Origin: Anaeromyxobacteraceae bacterium
GTDB taxonomy: Bacteria > Myxococcota > Myxococcia > Myxococcales > Anaeromyxobacteraceae
Assembly: GCA_047602405.1 (NCBI GenBank)
Contig: JASGHJ010000002.1
Span: forward strand, 2,944,001-3,008,000
Length of the DNA: 64,000 nt
Direction of reading: 5' to 3'
This document shows positions 27,138 through 36,918 of the stretch, one piece after another. Position 1 is the stretch's first letter, and every line of letters starts with the position of its first letter. A program made the translations under genes and the position numbers. Below the pieces are notes generated by a model, which saw only the letters and a list, made by a program, of their open reading frames with translations, was not told the DNA's origin and ran no database searches.

Positions 27138-30100
27138 ATGGTCGAGACGTCCTGCGCCGCGGTCCTGGACCGCGAGCGCTCGCTGGCGTGGCTCGTCGCC
27201 ACGGTGATGCTCGCGGCGCCGCTCGGTTGCACGGTGCCCCCTCCGCAGGGCGGCACGGCCGCGGCCGCTGCGCCCGCCTCCGCGGCGGGCCTCGTGGCGG
27301 GCTACGCGTTCACGGAGGCCGCGGGGACCACCACCGCCGACGCCTCGGGGAACGGCGTGACGGGCAGGCTCTCCGGCGCGACGTGGACGGCGGGCCACGC
27401 GGGCGGCGGCCTCTCGTTCGACGGCAGCACGTCGTACGTGGACCTCGGCAGCCCGGCCGCGCTGGCGCTCACGGGCAGCCTCACCGTCTCCGCCTGGGTG
27501 AACGAGGGCGCGAACGTCGGCGACGACGGCATCATCGTGGCGAAGTCGAGCGGTGCGGGCGGGTGGGAGCTGAAGTCGAGCCCCGACACCGGCCAGCGGA
27601 CGTTCGCCCTCGGGATCTACACGACCACGGGCGCCTACGTGGCGCGCTACTCGAACGCCGCGCGCGCGCTGGGCACCTGGTACCACGTCGCGGGCGTCTA
27701 CGACGCCACCGCCCGCACGTTGCACGTCTTCGTGAACGGCGCCCTCGCGGACGGCACGCTCGTGGGCACGGTGCCGTCGGCCATCGCCAACCCCGCCGTG
27801 AACGCGTTCGTGGGCAAGCGCCCCGCCGGCTTCCACCTCCGCGGCGTCGTCGACGACGTCCGCGTGTACGGCCGCGCGCTCACGCAGGCGGAGATCCAGG
27901 CGGACCTGGCCGCGGCGGTGGACGCGGGGACCGGTGACGTCACGCCGCCGACCGTGCCGACCGGCCTCACCGCGTCGCCCGCCTCCGCCACGCGCGTCGA
28001 CCTCGCCTGGAGCGCCTCCACCGACGACACCGGCGTGGCCGGCTACCGGGTCTACCGGGGCGGGGCCCTCGTGGGCTCCACCGCGGGGACGACCTACGCC
28101 GACGTGACGGTCGCGGGCGGCACCACGTACGCCTACGCCGTCGCGGCGTACGACCTCTCGGGCAACGCCTCCGCCACCTCCGCGGCGTGCCCGGTCACGA
28201 CGCCGGCCGCCCCGTTCGACTTCTCGCTCTCGGGCCCCGGCGGCCGCTCCGTCGGCCAGGGCGGCACCGTCTCCGGGACGGTCGCCGCGTCCCTCGCGTC
28301 CGGCGCGCCGCAGCCGGTGACCTTCACGGCCTCCGGCCTGCCCGCGGGCGCGAGCGCCACCTTCACGCCCGCCGCGTGCACGCCGCCGTGCAGCACCACG
28401 CTCTCGATCACCGCGGGCGCCTCCACCCCGACCGGCACCTCGACCGCCACCATCACGGGGGTCGCCGGGGGACTCCTGCGCACCTCCACGTTCGCGCTGA
28501 CCGTCACCGGCGCGGTGGACGACCAGGCGCCGGCCGGCACGGTCGTCGTGAACGGCGGCGCCCCGGCCACCCGGAGCACCGCGGTGACCTTGACCCTCGC
28601 CGCCTCCGACGCGCAGGGCGCGGTCGCGCAGATGAGGTTCTCGAACACCGGCACCTCGTGGTCGACGGCCCAGGCCTACGCGACCACGAAGGCGTGGACG
28701 CTCGCGTCGGGCTCCGGCACGAAGACCGTGTACGCACAGTTCAGCGACGCCGCGGGCAACTGGTCGCCCTCCGCGTCCGACACGATCGTGCTCGACACGA
28801 CCGCGCCGACGATCTCCGGAGTCTCGGCCACGGGCATCCTCGCCACCTCGGCCACCCTCGCGTGGACGACGAACGAGCCGGCCACCTCGCAGGTCGAGTA
28901 CGGTCCGACGACCTCGTACGGCCTCCTCACGCCGCTCGACCCCTCGCTCGTCGCGTCCCACCGCCTGGTGCTGACGGGCCTGAAGGCGAGCACCACCTGC
29001 TACTACCGGGTCCGCTCGATGGACGCGGCGGGCAACGAGAAGCTCTCTTCGCGGTCCTCGTTCAAGACCACCTCGGCGCCCGACACCGCGCCGCCCTCGG
29101 TCCCCTCCGGCCTCACGGCCACGGGCACGTCGGTCTCGCGCGTGAGCCTCGCGTGGACGGCGTCGACCGACAACGTGGCGGTGGCGGGCTACCGCGTCTA
29201 CCGGGACGGGACCCAGGTCGCGACCACCGCCGCGACCACGTTCGTCGACACGGCGCTCGCCCCCGCCACGACCCACGTCTACGGGGTCGCCGCCTACGAC
29301 GGCGCGGGTAACCTCTCCGCCGTCTCGGGGCCCGTGCCCGGCACCACGCTGCCCGACGGCACCGCCCCGTCCGTCCCCGCCTCCCTGCGCGCGATGGCGG
29401 TGACGGCCCACCGCGTGGACCTCGCCTGGGCCGCCTCGACGGACGACGTGGGGGTCGACGGCTACGAGGTCTCCCGCGACGGCACGCTCCTGGCGGTGGT
29501 GACGGGCCCTGCCTTCTCCGACGCGGACCTCCCGCCCCTCTCGACGCACGGGTACTCGGTCGCGGCGCGCGACGCCGCCGGGAACGTCTCCGCCCGCTCG
29601 GCCCCGCTCTCCGTCACGACGCTCGACGTGGTGACGGTCACGCCCGCCGAGGCCACCACCGCGACCGGCCAGCCGGTCGCGCTGGCGTGCACGGTGGACG
29701 ATCCGGTCGACGCGTCCTGCACGTGGACGGTCCTCGAGGGAGACGCCGGCGGCCGCGTGACCGCCACCGGCCCCGCGACCGGCCGCTACGCGCCGCCGTC
29801 GACGACCGGCACCTTCCACGTGGTCGCGACCTCCAGCGCCGAGCCGGACCGCTCGGCCACGGTCACGATCCGCGTCCTCGACGGCAACGTCTTCGCCGCG
29901 CCCATGCCGCTCGTCAGCCGCTTCCCGGGGGTGCAGGCGTACGCGAGCAACGACGCCGCCGGGACCCTCGGGGACTTCGGCGCGAACCGCGCCCGCGACG
30001 GCGTGTACGACGGCTGGGGCCACGCCTGGCGCCCCATCGACGCGGGCTACCCCCAGTGGCTCGCGTACGACCTCTCGTCGGTCCCCGCCGGGCAGCGCGG

Positions 30101-31028
30101 CACGGTCCTCGTCGCGTTCTACAACGAGACGTTCGGCTACGACGACGGACCGGCCTCGACGACCCCGCTCGCCTACAGCGTGCCGGCCGAGTACGTGCTC
30201 GAGGCCAACCCGGCCCCCGGAGGCACCGGCGTCGCCCCGTCCGACGGCTGGGAGCCGCTCGTCTCGGTCACCGGCAACCGCTGGCACTCGCGCACGCACG
30301 CCCTCGACCTCACGGGGTTCACCTGGCTGCGCTTCCGCGCCGTCTCGGGCATGTCCACGAACCAGCCCGGGAACCGCGACGTGGAGCTCAAGCTCGAGGT
30401 GTTCGACGCGCACCTCGGCAACACCGACTCCTGGCTCTTCGTGGGGGACTCGATCACCGCCACGGGCATGAGCCACCTCGAGCACGGCGGCCAGAACTTC
30501 TCGCAGCGCGTGAACGCCGCCGCGCCCGCGAACTACCCCCTCTACGAGAACGCCGGGCAGCCCTTCGACACCGCCCAGGTCGAGGGCCCGGCCCGGCTCG
30601 CCGTCGCGCTCGCGAACTCGCCTGCGAAGTACGTGGCGCTCGCCTACGGCACCAACGACGGCGGGGCGGGGCTCCCGGCCGACGACGCCTTCTACGTGGC
30701 GTACCGCGCGCTCGTCGAGACGGTCCTCGCCGCGGGGCGCATCCCGGTGGTCCCCACGATACCCTGGACGGCGGAGGAGCCCTGGCGGACCGCCATCGGC
30801 GACCCCGTCACCGGGCCGGAGCTCGGCCTGAACCGCCAGCTCGCGCGGCTCAAGGCCGACCTGCGCGCGGAGGGGAAGGTCGTGCTCGACGGCCCCGACC
30901 TCTGGCACCTCTTCGAGGCGAACCCGGCGCTCATGGGGACGCACGACGTCCACCCGACCGACGCCGGCTACGTCGAGATGCGGCACCTGTGGGCGGACAC
31001 CCTGCTCGGGGCCTGTTACGGTCGGTGA
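27138..31028 (+). CDS. Large secreted lipoprotein: LamG + FN3/Ig-like repeats + C-terminal SGNH hydrolase
   Basis: PLGC lipobox; LamG (WYHVAGVYD, DDVRVYGRALT); repeated DTxPPSVP..WxASTD..YxV..AGNxS; FVGDSIT, YGTND, DVHP. Confidence 0.8.
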   Translation: MVETSCAAVLDRERSLAWLVATVMLAAPLGCTVPPPQGGTAAAAAPASAAGLVAGYAFTEAAGTTTADASGNGVTGRLSGATWTAGHAGGGLSFDGSTSYVDLGSPAALALTGSLTVSAWVNEGANVGDDGIIVAKSSGAGGWELKSSPDTGQRTFALGIYTTTGAYVARYSNAARALGTWYHVAGVYDATARTLHVFVNGALADGTLVGTVPSAIANPAVNAFVGKRPAGFHLRGVVDDVRVYGRALTQAEIQADLAAAVDAGTGDVTPPTVPTGLTASPASATRVDLAWSASTDDTGVAGYRVYRGGALVGSTAGTTYADVTVAGGTTYAYAVAAYDLSGNASATSAACPVTTPAAPFDFSLSGPGGRSVGQGGTVSGTVAASLASGAPQPVTFTASGLPAGASATFTPAACTPPCSTTLSITAGASTPTGTSTATITGVAGGLLRTSTFALTVTGAVDDQAPAGTVVVNGGAPATRSTAVTLTLAASDAQGAVAQMRFSNTGTSWSTAQAYATTKAWTLASGSGTKTVYAQFSDAAGNWSPSASDTIVLDTTAPTISGVSATGILATSATLAWTTNEPATSQVEYGPTTSYGLLTPLDPSLVASHRLVLTGLKASTTCYYRVRSMDAAGNEKLSSRSSFKTTSAPDTAPPSVPSGLTATGTSVSRVSLAWTASTDNVAVAGYRVYRDGTQVATTAATTFVDTALAPATTHVYGVAAYDGAGNLSAVSGPVPGTTLPDGTAPSVPASLRAMAVTAHRVDLAWAASTDDVGVDGYEVSRDGTLLAVVTGPAFSDADLPPLSTHGYSVAARDAAGNVSARSAPLSVTTLDVVTVTPAEATTATGQPVALACTVDDPVDASCTWTVLEGDAGGRVTATGPATGRYAPPSTTGTFHVVATSSAEPDRSATVTIRVLDGNVFAAPMPLVSRFPGVQAYASNDAAGTLGDFGANRARDGVYDGWGHAWRPIDAGYPQWLAYDLSSVPAGQRGTVLVAFYNETFGYDDGPASTTPLAYSVPAEYVLEANPAPGGTGVAPSDGWEPLVSVTGNRWHSRTHALDLTGFTWLRFRAVSGMSTNQPGNRDVELKLEVFDAHLGNTDSWLFVGDSITATGMSHLEHGGQNFSQRVNAAAPANYPLYENAGQPFDTAQVEGPARLAVALANSPAKYVALAYGTNDGGAGLPADDAFYVAYRALVETVLAAGRIPVVPTIPWTAEEPWRTAIGDPVTGPELGLNRQLARLKADLRAEGKVVLDGPDLWHLFEANPALMGTHDVHPTDAGYVEMRHLWADTLLGACYGR

Positions 31029-31034
31029 ACAGGG

Positions 31035-32453
31035 TCACGGCACGCCCCACCGCGGCGCCATCGGCACCGCCCGGTAGACCGCGGTGGGCGCGCCGTCGAG
31101 GAGGAGCGTCCCCTCCCAGGCGATCGCGCCCGACGGCTCCACCCGGGAGACGATCCCGACCTCGGACATCCCGACCCAGGTCGAGCCGTCCGGCTGCCGG
31201 TAGGCGGAGCCGGTGAACTGGTTGAAGTGGCCGCCGGGGTGGCGGAACTCCCAGACCCGCCGCGCGGTGCGCGCGGGCACGTCGAGCGCGTACTCGACGG
31301 CGCGCGTCGTGGGCGGGTCGTGGTGGGTGCCGTTGTCGAACACGAGCAGCCGGCCCCCGGGGAGGAGCGTCGCGGTGTGCTGCCCGGAGAAGCCGCCGAG
31401 CGGGTCGTCGAGGAAGGTGAAGTCGCTCCGCGCGCCGCCGAGGCGCCAGCGGACCTCGCCGGTCTCCCGGTCCAGCAGCCAGACCGCGTCGAGGTTCCGG
31501 AAGGAGACGACGTAGTCGCCCGCCTCGTCGAGCGCGATCGAGTTCGCGTGGTCGACGTCGGTCCCCTCGACCATGTCCGGGAAGATCGGGTTCACGAGCT
31601 CGTCCACGCCCACGTGGTCCCAGCCGTTCCAGGTGAACTCCGGCGTGCGGTCCGGCCGGAGCCGCTGCACGGCGTGCATCGCCATCTCGGCGCGGCCGAG
31701 GCCGAGCGGCGCGAGGTCGACCTCGCGGTGGTCGTAGCCGATGACGTGGAGCCGCTCCGCGGGCGTGCCCGGGTCGGTGACGAGCGCCTCGTGCCCGTCG
31801 GTGAAGAGGGGGGCGGCGGCGCCGAAGCGCCGGACCTCCTCGCCGGCCGCGTCGACCTCGACGTAGCCGCCCTCGACCGCCTGCCAGCCGTTCGAGCGGC
31901 CGAGGTAGGCGATCACGTGCCCGTCCGCGAGCGGCTTCGCCTCGACCACCGGCGCGTCCCCCTCGAACTCGCGGTACCAGCGCAGGGTCCCGGCGCCGTC
32001 GAACGCGGCGAGCACGCCCGGCGAGTCGAGCCGGAGCGCGTCGAGGAGCACCCACTCGCCCGGCGGCTGCCCGGTCACGGCGAGCGAGAGGCGGGCGACG
32101 GCCGGCGGGAGGGGATCGGTGCGGAACCGGAGCGCGCGCCGGGCCGTGCCGCCCCGCCCCTCCGCCACCACGGTCACCTCGTGCTCGGCGTCGGCCGCGA
32201 GGCCGAGCACGGTCACGCCGGCCCGGTCCCCGACCACCGCCACGTCGGGCGTCCGGCGCGCCGCGCCGCCCTCGGTCCACTCCACGTGGACCCGCTCCGC
32301 GGCGGGCGCCCGCACCTCGACCCTCCTGCCGAGCACCGTGCGCGGGAGGGTCGCCGCGGCCGCCTCCTCCACGCGCGGCCGCGCCGGATTGTCGCACGCG
32401 GCGAGGAGGAGCAAGGTCAGGAGGGCGGGGAGCGGCCGGCGCGCGGGGAGCAT
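31035..32453 (-). CDS. Arylsulfotransferase (ASST)-family lipoprotein
   Basis: LAAC lipobox; DGHE, DHANSI, SFRNLD, FSGQH, FDNG motifs. Confidence 0.8.
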   Translation of the reverse strand: MLPARRPLPALLTLLLLAACDNPARPRVEEAAAATLPRTVLGRRVEVRAPAAERVHVEWTEGGAARRTPDVAVVGDRAGVTVLGLAADAEHEVTVVAEGRGGTARRALRFRTDPLPPAVARLSLAVTGQPPGEWVLLDALRLDSPGVLAAFDGAGTLRWYREFEGDAPVVEAKPLADGHVIAYLGRSNGWQAVEGGYVEVDAAGEEVRRFGAAAPLFTDGHEALVTDPGTPAERLHVIGYDHREVDLAPLGLGRAEMAMHAVQRLRPDRTPEFTWNGWDHVGVDELVNPIFPDMVEGTDVDHANSIALDEAGDYVVSFRNLDAVWLLDRETGEVRWRLGGARSDFTFLDDPLGGFSGQHTATLLPGGRLLVFDNGTHHDPPTTRAVEYALDVPARTARRVWEFRHPGGHFNQFTGSAYRQPDGSTWVGMSEVGIVSRVEPSGAIAWEGTLLLDGAPTAVYRAVPMAPRWGVP

Positions 32454-32513
32454 CGAGAAGGCGTGGCCATGGCGGTGCCCCGGAGCAACGGCGTGGGCGG
32501 GCCCTCCACGAAC

Positions 32514-32545
32514 GCGAAAGCCCCCGCTCGCGCGAGGGCTTCCGT
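32514..32545 (-). terminator. Hairpin downstream of tRNA-Cys
   Basis: Minus strand ACGGAAGCCCTCGC-GCGA-GCGGGGGCTTTCG. Confidence 0.6.
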
Positions 32546-32558
32546 GAGACGTCCTGAG

Positions 32559-32631
32559 AGGCACCGGGCGGAGTCGAACCGCCGAATGGCAGATTTGCAG
32601 TCTGCTGCCTTACCAGCTTGGCGACGGTGCC
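32559..32631 (-). tRNA. tRNA-Cys(GCA), 3' CCA not encoded
   Basis: GGCACCG..CGGTGCC acceptor stem, U73 discriminator, GCAGA-CTGCAAA-TCTGC anticodon arm, GGCGG-TTCGACT-CCGCC T arm. Confidence 0.97.
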
Positions 32632-32704
32632 AGGGCGGCGAGAGGTCGTAGCAAAGGCCTGCCCTGGGGTCAACCGCAACGGGGCGGATCGCCTGTCGCT
32701 CCCG

Positions 32705-33169
32705 TCACCTCCGCTCCGAAACGAGCGCCCGCGCGAACGCGAGGTCGTCGGTCGTCTGGCGGAGGCGCCGCGCGAGGGAGGTGGCGAGCGCGCGGTAGAC
32801 GTGGTGGCCGGCCTCGTGGTCGCCGTCGAGCACGGCCCGGAGCTTCCCGGCGCGCAGCACGAGGAGGTCGGTGCGCTCGGAGGCGGTCACGGTGGCGGAG
32901 CGCGGGGCGTCGTCGAGCAGCGCCGCCTCGCCGAAGTGGCTGCCCGGGCCGAGCACGACGACGTCGTGCGCGCCGCCCGCCTTCTCCTTGTGCACCTTGC
33001 AGCTCCCGCTGCGGATGACGAAGAGCGCGTCGGACGCGCGGTTCTCCTGGACCACCGCCTCGCCGGGCTGGGCCGTGACGGACTCCGCGGCCTGCGCGAT
33101 CCGCTTGAGCGCCGTGTCCGGGAGGTCCTTGAAGAGGTAGGTCGCCTTGAGCTGCTTCACCGCGTCCAT
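32705..33169 (-). CDS. Stand-alone cyclic-nucleotide-binding domain protein
   Basis: LFVIRSG, GSHFGEAALL..PRSATV; no HTH. Confidence 0.9.
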   Translation of the reverse strand: MDAVKQLKATYLFKDLPDTALKRIAQAAESVTAQPGEAVVQENRASDALFVIRSGSCKVHKEKAGGAHDVVVLGPGSHFGEAALLDDAPRSATVTASERTDLLVLRAGKLRAVLDGDHEAGHHVYRALATSLARRLRQTTDDLAFARALVSERR

Positions 33170-33300
33170 GCGAGCTCCGGGTCAGGGGTGCGGTCGAGGC
33201 TACAGGCAGGAGGCACGGCGCGTCCTCGCCTCACCCGGGTTACGGCGAACCGCGGTGCCCGGGCCGGTTCACGACGCAGGGTGTTAGAGGCGCGTACCCT

Positions 33301-33735
33301 TCAGCGCGCGCGCACCGCCGCCCGCGCCACCCGCACGCCGCGGTCGCGCAGCGCCTTCACGAGCGCGGGCAGCTCCGCGGCCGCCACGCGCGCGAGCGCC
33401 GGCGCGGGCCGCAGCACGAGCTCCACCGCCGCGCCGGGGGCGGGCCTCAGCTCCACCGAGAGCGCGCGCCCGAGGTCGAGCGAGAGCCCGGGCGTCTGCG
33501 CCCGCAGCGCGGCGGTCACCGCGACCGGCAGGATCCGCACCGCGGCCCGGAGCGACGCGGCCTCCTTCGCCGGGGAGAGGCCCTCGGGGGCGACGTTCCC
33601 GGGGTCCCGGCCCGGCCCTGCCGGCGGGGCCTGCGCCCGCGCCGCCTTCGACGCGGCGTGGAGCGAGCGCGAGAAGGCCTGCCGGGGCCGCGCGAGGCGC
33701 CTCGCGGCGTCCGCGGCCGCGGGCGACGTCGTCAT
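33301..33735 (-). CDS. Hypothetical protein; C-terminus resembles the FliK/SctP C-terminal domain
   Basis: Low-complexity N-terminus then LSVELR..VELVLR..ELPALVKALRDRGVRV. Confidence 0.45.
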   Translation of the reverse strand: MTTSPAAADAARRLARPRQAFSRSLHAASKAARAQAPPAGPGRDPGNVAPEGLSPAKEAASLRAAVRILPVAVTAALRAQTPGLSLDLGRALSVELRPAPGAAVELVLRPAPALARVAAAELPALVKALRDRGVRVARAAVRAR

Positions 33736-33768
33736 GGCGGGCTCCGCGCGAGGCATGGCCGGCGTCAT

Positions 33769-33784
33769 TGCACGCGCGGTGCCG
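33769..33784 (-). promoter_or_regulatory. Putative sigma54 (-24/-12) promoter
   Basis: Minus strand CGGCAC-CGCGC-GTGCA (GG-N10-GC). Confidence 0.45.
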
Positions 33785-33942
33785 GCGCGCGGCCCCCGTG
33801 CTCTCGCGGGGTTGCGGAGCTGGGCGCGCGGCGCGAGCGTCCGCGCCGCGGCCTCCCGGTCCGCGGCAGATCCTTCCGGCCGCTCGCCCGTTCACGAGGC
33901 AGAGCGACACCTCTCTCCCTCTCGCCTCGCCGGAGCCCGCCG

Positions 33943-35259
33943 ATGAAGTCCGCCATCGCCCTCGCCCTCGCCGCCCTCGCCGCCGCCCCCGCGAAGCTCC
34001 CGCTGCCGCCGGCTCCGGCCCCCGATCCGTTCCCGCGGGTGGTGGAGCGCGTCGCCGGCATGGTCGGCGACGGCGAGGCCCAGCGCCTGGCCTCGACCCA
34101 CGGCCTCCAGCTCCTCGACGTCACCTGGGAGGACACCGGCCGCTGGCAGGGCTCGGCGCTCGGCCCGAACATCTCCGACGTGACGCTCGAGGTCGTGTCC
34201 GGCGAGCAGGACGCCGAGCGGCTCGCGCTCATGCCGGTGCTCCGACTCCCGAACTTCACCGACCGGACCGCCGACGTGAGGCTCGACCGGATCTTCCTCA
34301 AGGTCGGCAACGCGCGCGCCCCCCGGCGGGCAGGGGGTGAACCACCGCTCGAGACGATCTCCTTGCGCGACTACCTCGCCGACCCGGCCCGCTGGCTCTC
34401 GAGCCCGCTCGACGGCCGGATCAAGGGCGGCTCGCTCCTCGCGCCGCGCGACACGCACGCGCTCGTCTCCGCCCAGGCGGCGTTCCTGCCGGTGCCGAGG
34501 CAGGGCCAGGCGACCTTCCACCCGGTGATCTTCAACTACCAGTCCACCCGGGGGAACCCGGCGGTGCTCACGCTGCTCGTCACGCGCCAGGGCACCTCGC
34601 TCACCGTCGTCGACAACGCGCGCGACTCGGTCCGCGGCAGCTGGGGCCAGCGGCTGTTCTTCGACGCGGACGGGCAGCGCGCGCCGCTCACCGCCGAGCG
34701 GCTCTCCGACGTCGTCGCGAACGGCCGCACCGCGAACGGCGAGGCCGCGGCGTCCCTGGGCGAGGACGCGAACCTGCTCATGCTCGTCCAGGTCCCGCTC
34801 CGCCACCGCGAGCCGGAGCGGCGCGCGCAGGCGTACCTGGCCGCGCCCGCGGCGCCCATGGCGTCGGGCGCCGTCGCGAAGGAGGAGCAGAAGTCGGACC
34901 TCGAGGTGGCGGTGCTCGGCCACGGCCCGCTCCAGGGCCCGTTCACCGAGCTCGCCGGGCTCGAGGTCGAGCGCGACCCGCGCTTCCCGATCCGCGTGAC
35001 GGTGCAGTTCTACCAGGCCACCGCGACCGGCAAGGTCACCGGCGAGCAGATGGCCCACCTCGCCTCGATCGTCGAGAAGGTCTACGCGAAGGGCGACCAC
35101 GTCGGCTCGCTCGTGGTCCCCGGCCCGCGAGACGCCGCGCGCCCGACCGCCTGGGACGGCACCTCGCCCGCGCCGAAGGAGGTCGCGTGGTGGGACTTCC
35201 CCGGGCTCGTCGAGCGCTGGCGGATGCGCGGCCGCACGCCGCCGGCCGGGATCCGCTGA
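33943..35259 (+). CDS. Secreted hypothetical protein
   Basis: Signal peptide; TWEDTGR..GPNISD, FNYQS, RDPRFPIRVTVQFY blocks; strong GC3 bias. Confidence 0.75.
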   Translation: MKSAIALALAALAAAPAKLPLPPAPAPDPFPRVVERVAGMVGDGEAQRLASTHGLQLLDVTWEDTGRWQGSALGPNISDVTLEVVSGEQDAERLALMPVLRLPNFTDRTADVRLDRIFLKVGNARAPRRAGGEPPLETISLRDYLADPARWLSSPLDGRIKGGSLLAPRDTHALVSAQAAFLPVPRQGQATFHPVIFNYQSTRGNPAVLTLLVTRQGTSLTVVDNARDSVRGSWGQRLFFDADGQRAPLTAERLSDVVANGRTANGEAAASLGEDANLLMLVQVPLRHREPERRAQAYLAAPAAPMASGAVAKEEQKSDLEVAVLGHGPLQGPFTELAGLEVERDPRFPIRVTVQFYQATATGKVTGEQMAHLASIVEKVYAKGDHVGSLVVPGPRDAARPTAWDGTSPAPKEVAWWDFPGLVERWRMRGRTPPAGIR

Positions 35260-35491
35260 GCCCCGGTTCCGGTGCGGAACCAGGAGACGGCCGCTCGTTG
35301 CGTCTCCTGGAGGCGTGGCCGATGGGACGCCTCACGGGGTCTCTCCGCGAGGCGTCCGGGAAACGTGGAGACGTGGTGCGGAATGGCCGATCCCAAGGTC
35401 AGACCACAGCTTCTCGCCAGCTCGGCGCTTCCACCATCCATCCCCGACCGAGGCGGAACGCCTGCTGAAACTTCGGGAGGACGACGCGGGC

Positions 35492-36802
35492 TCAGCTCCG
35501 GTAGTCGGCGTTCTCGGTGACGTACTCGTGGGAGAGGTCCCCGCCGAGCACCTCGAACGCCTCGCCACCCATCCCGATCGCGATGCCGATCTCGACCCGG
35601 CGCTCGTGGGGTGGGTGGTGGATGGGGGGCACGAAGTTGCCGCCCGGGCCGGGCGCGCTCTCGTAGAGCTCGGCCGCCTTCATGTGCCGGAAGAGCCGCT
35701 CCTCCTTCTCGCGGTCGAGCCGCATCGCCCCGCCCTCGAGCACCACCTCGCCGCCCACCGTCATCCGCACCTTCGCGGGATCGAGCGGCACGCCCTCGGC
35801 GCCGGCCCACTTGCCCACCGCGCAGAGGAGCCGGCCGACGTTCGGGTCGTTGCCGCACACCGCGGCCTTGAGGAGCGGGGAGTTCACGACCGACTTCCCG
35901 ATCGCGCGCGCCTCGGCGCGCGTGCGGGCGCCGGTGACCTCCACCCGGAGCACGTGGTGCACGCCCTCGCCGTTGCGCACCACGTCCTCGGCGAGCCCGC
36001 GGCAGACCTCGCGGAGCGCCGCCTCGAAGGCGCCGGGCGGCGGCGCCGGGCGGCGGCCGGAGGAGAGGAGCGCGACGGTGTCGGAGGTGCTCGTGTCGGA
36101 GTCCACCGAGATCGCGTGGAAGCTCTCCTCCACCGCCGCGTCGAGCGCGGCCCGGAGCGCCGCGCGGGGCACCGCGACGTCGGTGAGGAGGTAGACGAGC
36201 ATCGTGGCGAGGTTCGGCTCGATCATGCCCGCGCCCTTCGCGATCCCGACGACGCTCCCCTGCCCCACCGCCGCGCGGCGGATCTTGGGGTAGAGGTCGG
36301 TCGTCACGATGCCCTCCGCGGCGGGGAGGATCGAGCGCGGCTGGAGCGCCGAGACGGCGGCCGGCAGCGCGGCGAGCATGGCGTCCACCGGGAGCCGCCA
36401 GCCGATGACCCCGGTCGAGGACGGCAGCACCTCGCCCGCGCCGAGGCCGAGCAGCTCCGCCGCCCGCGCGGCCACCCGCTCGGACGCGGCGACGCCCTCC
36501 GGTGCGCACACGTTCGAGACCTTCGTGTTCACCACCACCGCGCCGAGGGCCGGCGCCTCGCGCAGCCGCCGGCCCACGAGCACCGGCGCGCCCGGGAACG
36601 CGTTCGTCGTGAACTTGAGCGCGAAGTCCGGCGTCGGGCGGTCGAGCGCGATGACGGTGAGGCGCATGCGCGAGCGCTTCGGCGCCTCGACGGGGTCGAA
36701 CTCGAGCTCGGTCGTGCCGACCCTGAAGCCCTCCGGGAGCGCCGCCTGCGACTCGAGCCACGCGCGGTGCGCCTCCCGGGAGGCGAAGGAGAGCGAGGTC
36801 AT
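35492..36802 (-). CDS. argJ: Ornithine acetyltransferase ArgJ
   Basis: SSTGVIG, TTD, AKGAGMIEPNLATML, DTSTSDT, NDPNVGR, ENADYRS. Confidence 0.92.
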   Translation of the reverse strand: MTSLSFASREAHRAWLESQAALPEGFRVGTTELEFDPVEAPKRSRMRLTVIALDRPTPDFALKFTTNAFPGAPVLVGRRLREAPALGAVVVNTKVSNVCAPEGVAASERVAARAAELLGLGAGEVLPSSTGVIGWRLPVDAMLAALPAAVSALQPRSILPAAEGIVTTDLYPKIRRAAVGQGSVVGIAKGAGMIEPNLATMLVYLLTDVAVPRAALRAALDAAVEESFHAISVDSDTSTSDTVALLSSGRRPAPPPGAFEAALREVCRGLAEDVVRNGEGVHHVLRVEVTGARTRAEARAIGKSVVNSPLLKAAVCGNDPNVGRLLCAVGKWAGAEGVPLDPAKVRMTVGGEVVLEGGAMRLDREKEERLFRHMKAAELYESAPGPGGNFVPPIHHPPHERRVEIGIAIGMGGEAFEVLGGDLSHEYVTENADYRS

Positions 36803-36918
36803 GGCGCATGACTACCACGGCGCCGGCGCCGGTGGCGGCGCGGGGCCCCTTCGAGCGGGCTCGCGCGCGGCCGCCGGGCGCCGCAGCGTTCGCGAGGACG
36901 GACGGAGGGGGACAGCCC

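Noticed and set aside
23781..32631. Integrative island at tRNA-Cys
   Set aside because: Accessory-looking genes are present, but no integrase and no duplicated tRNA 3' end were found by eye
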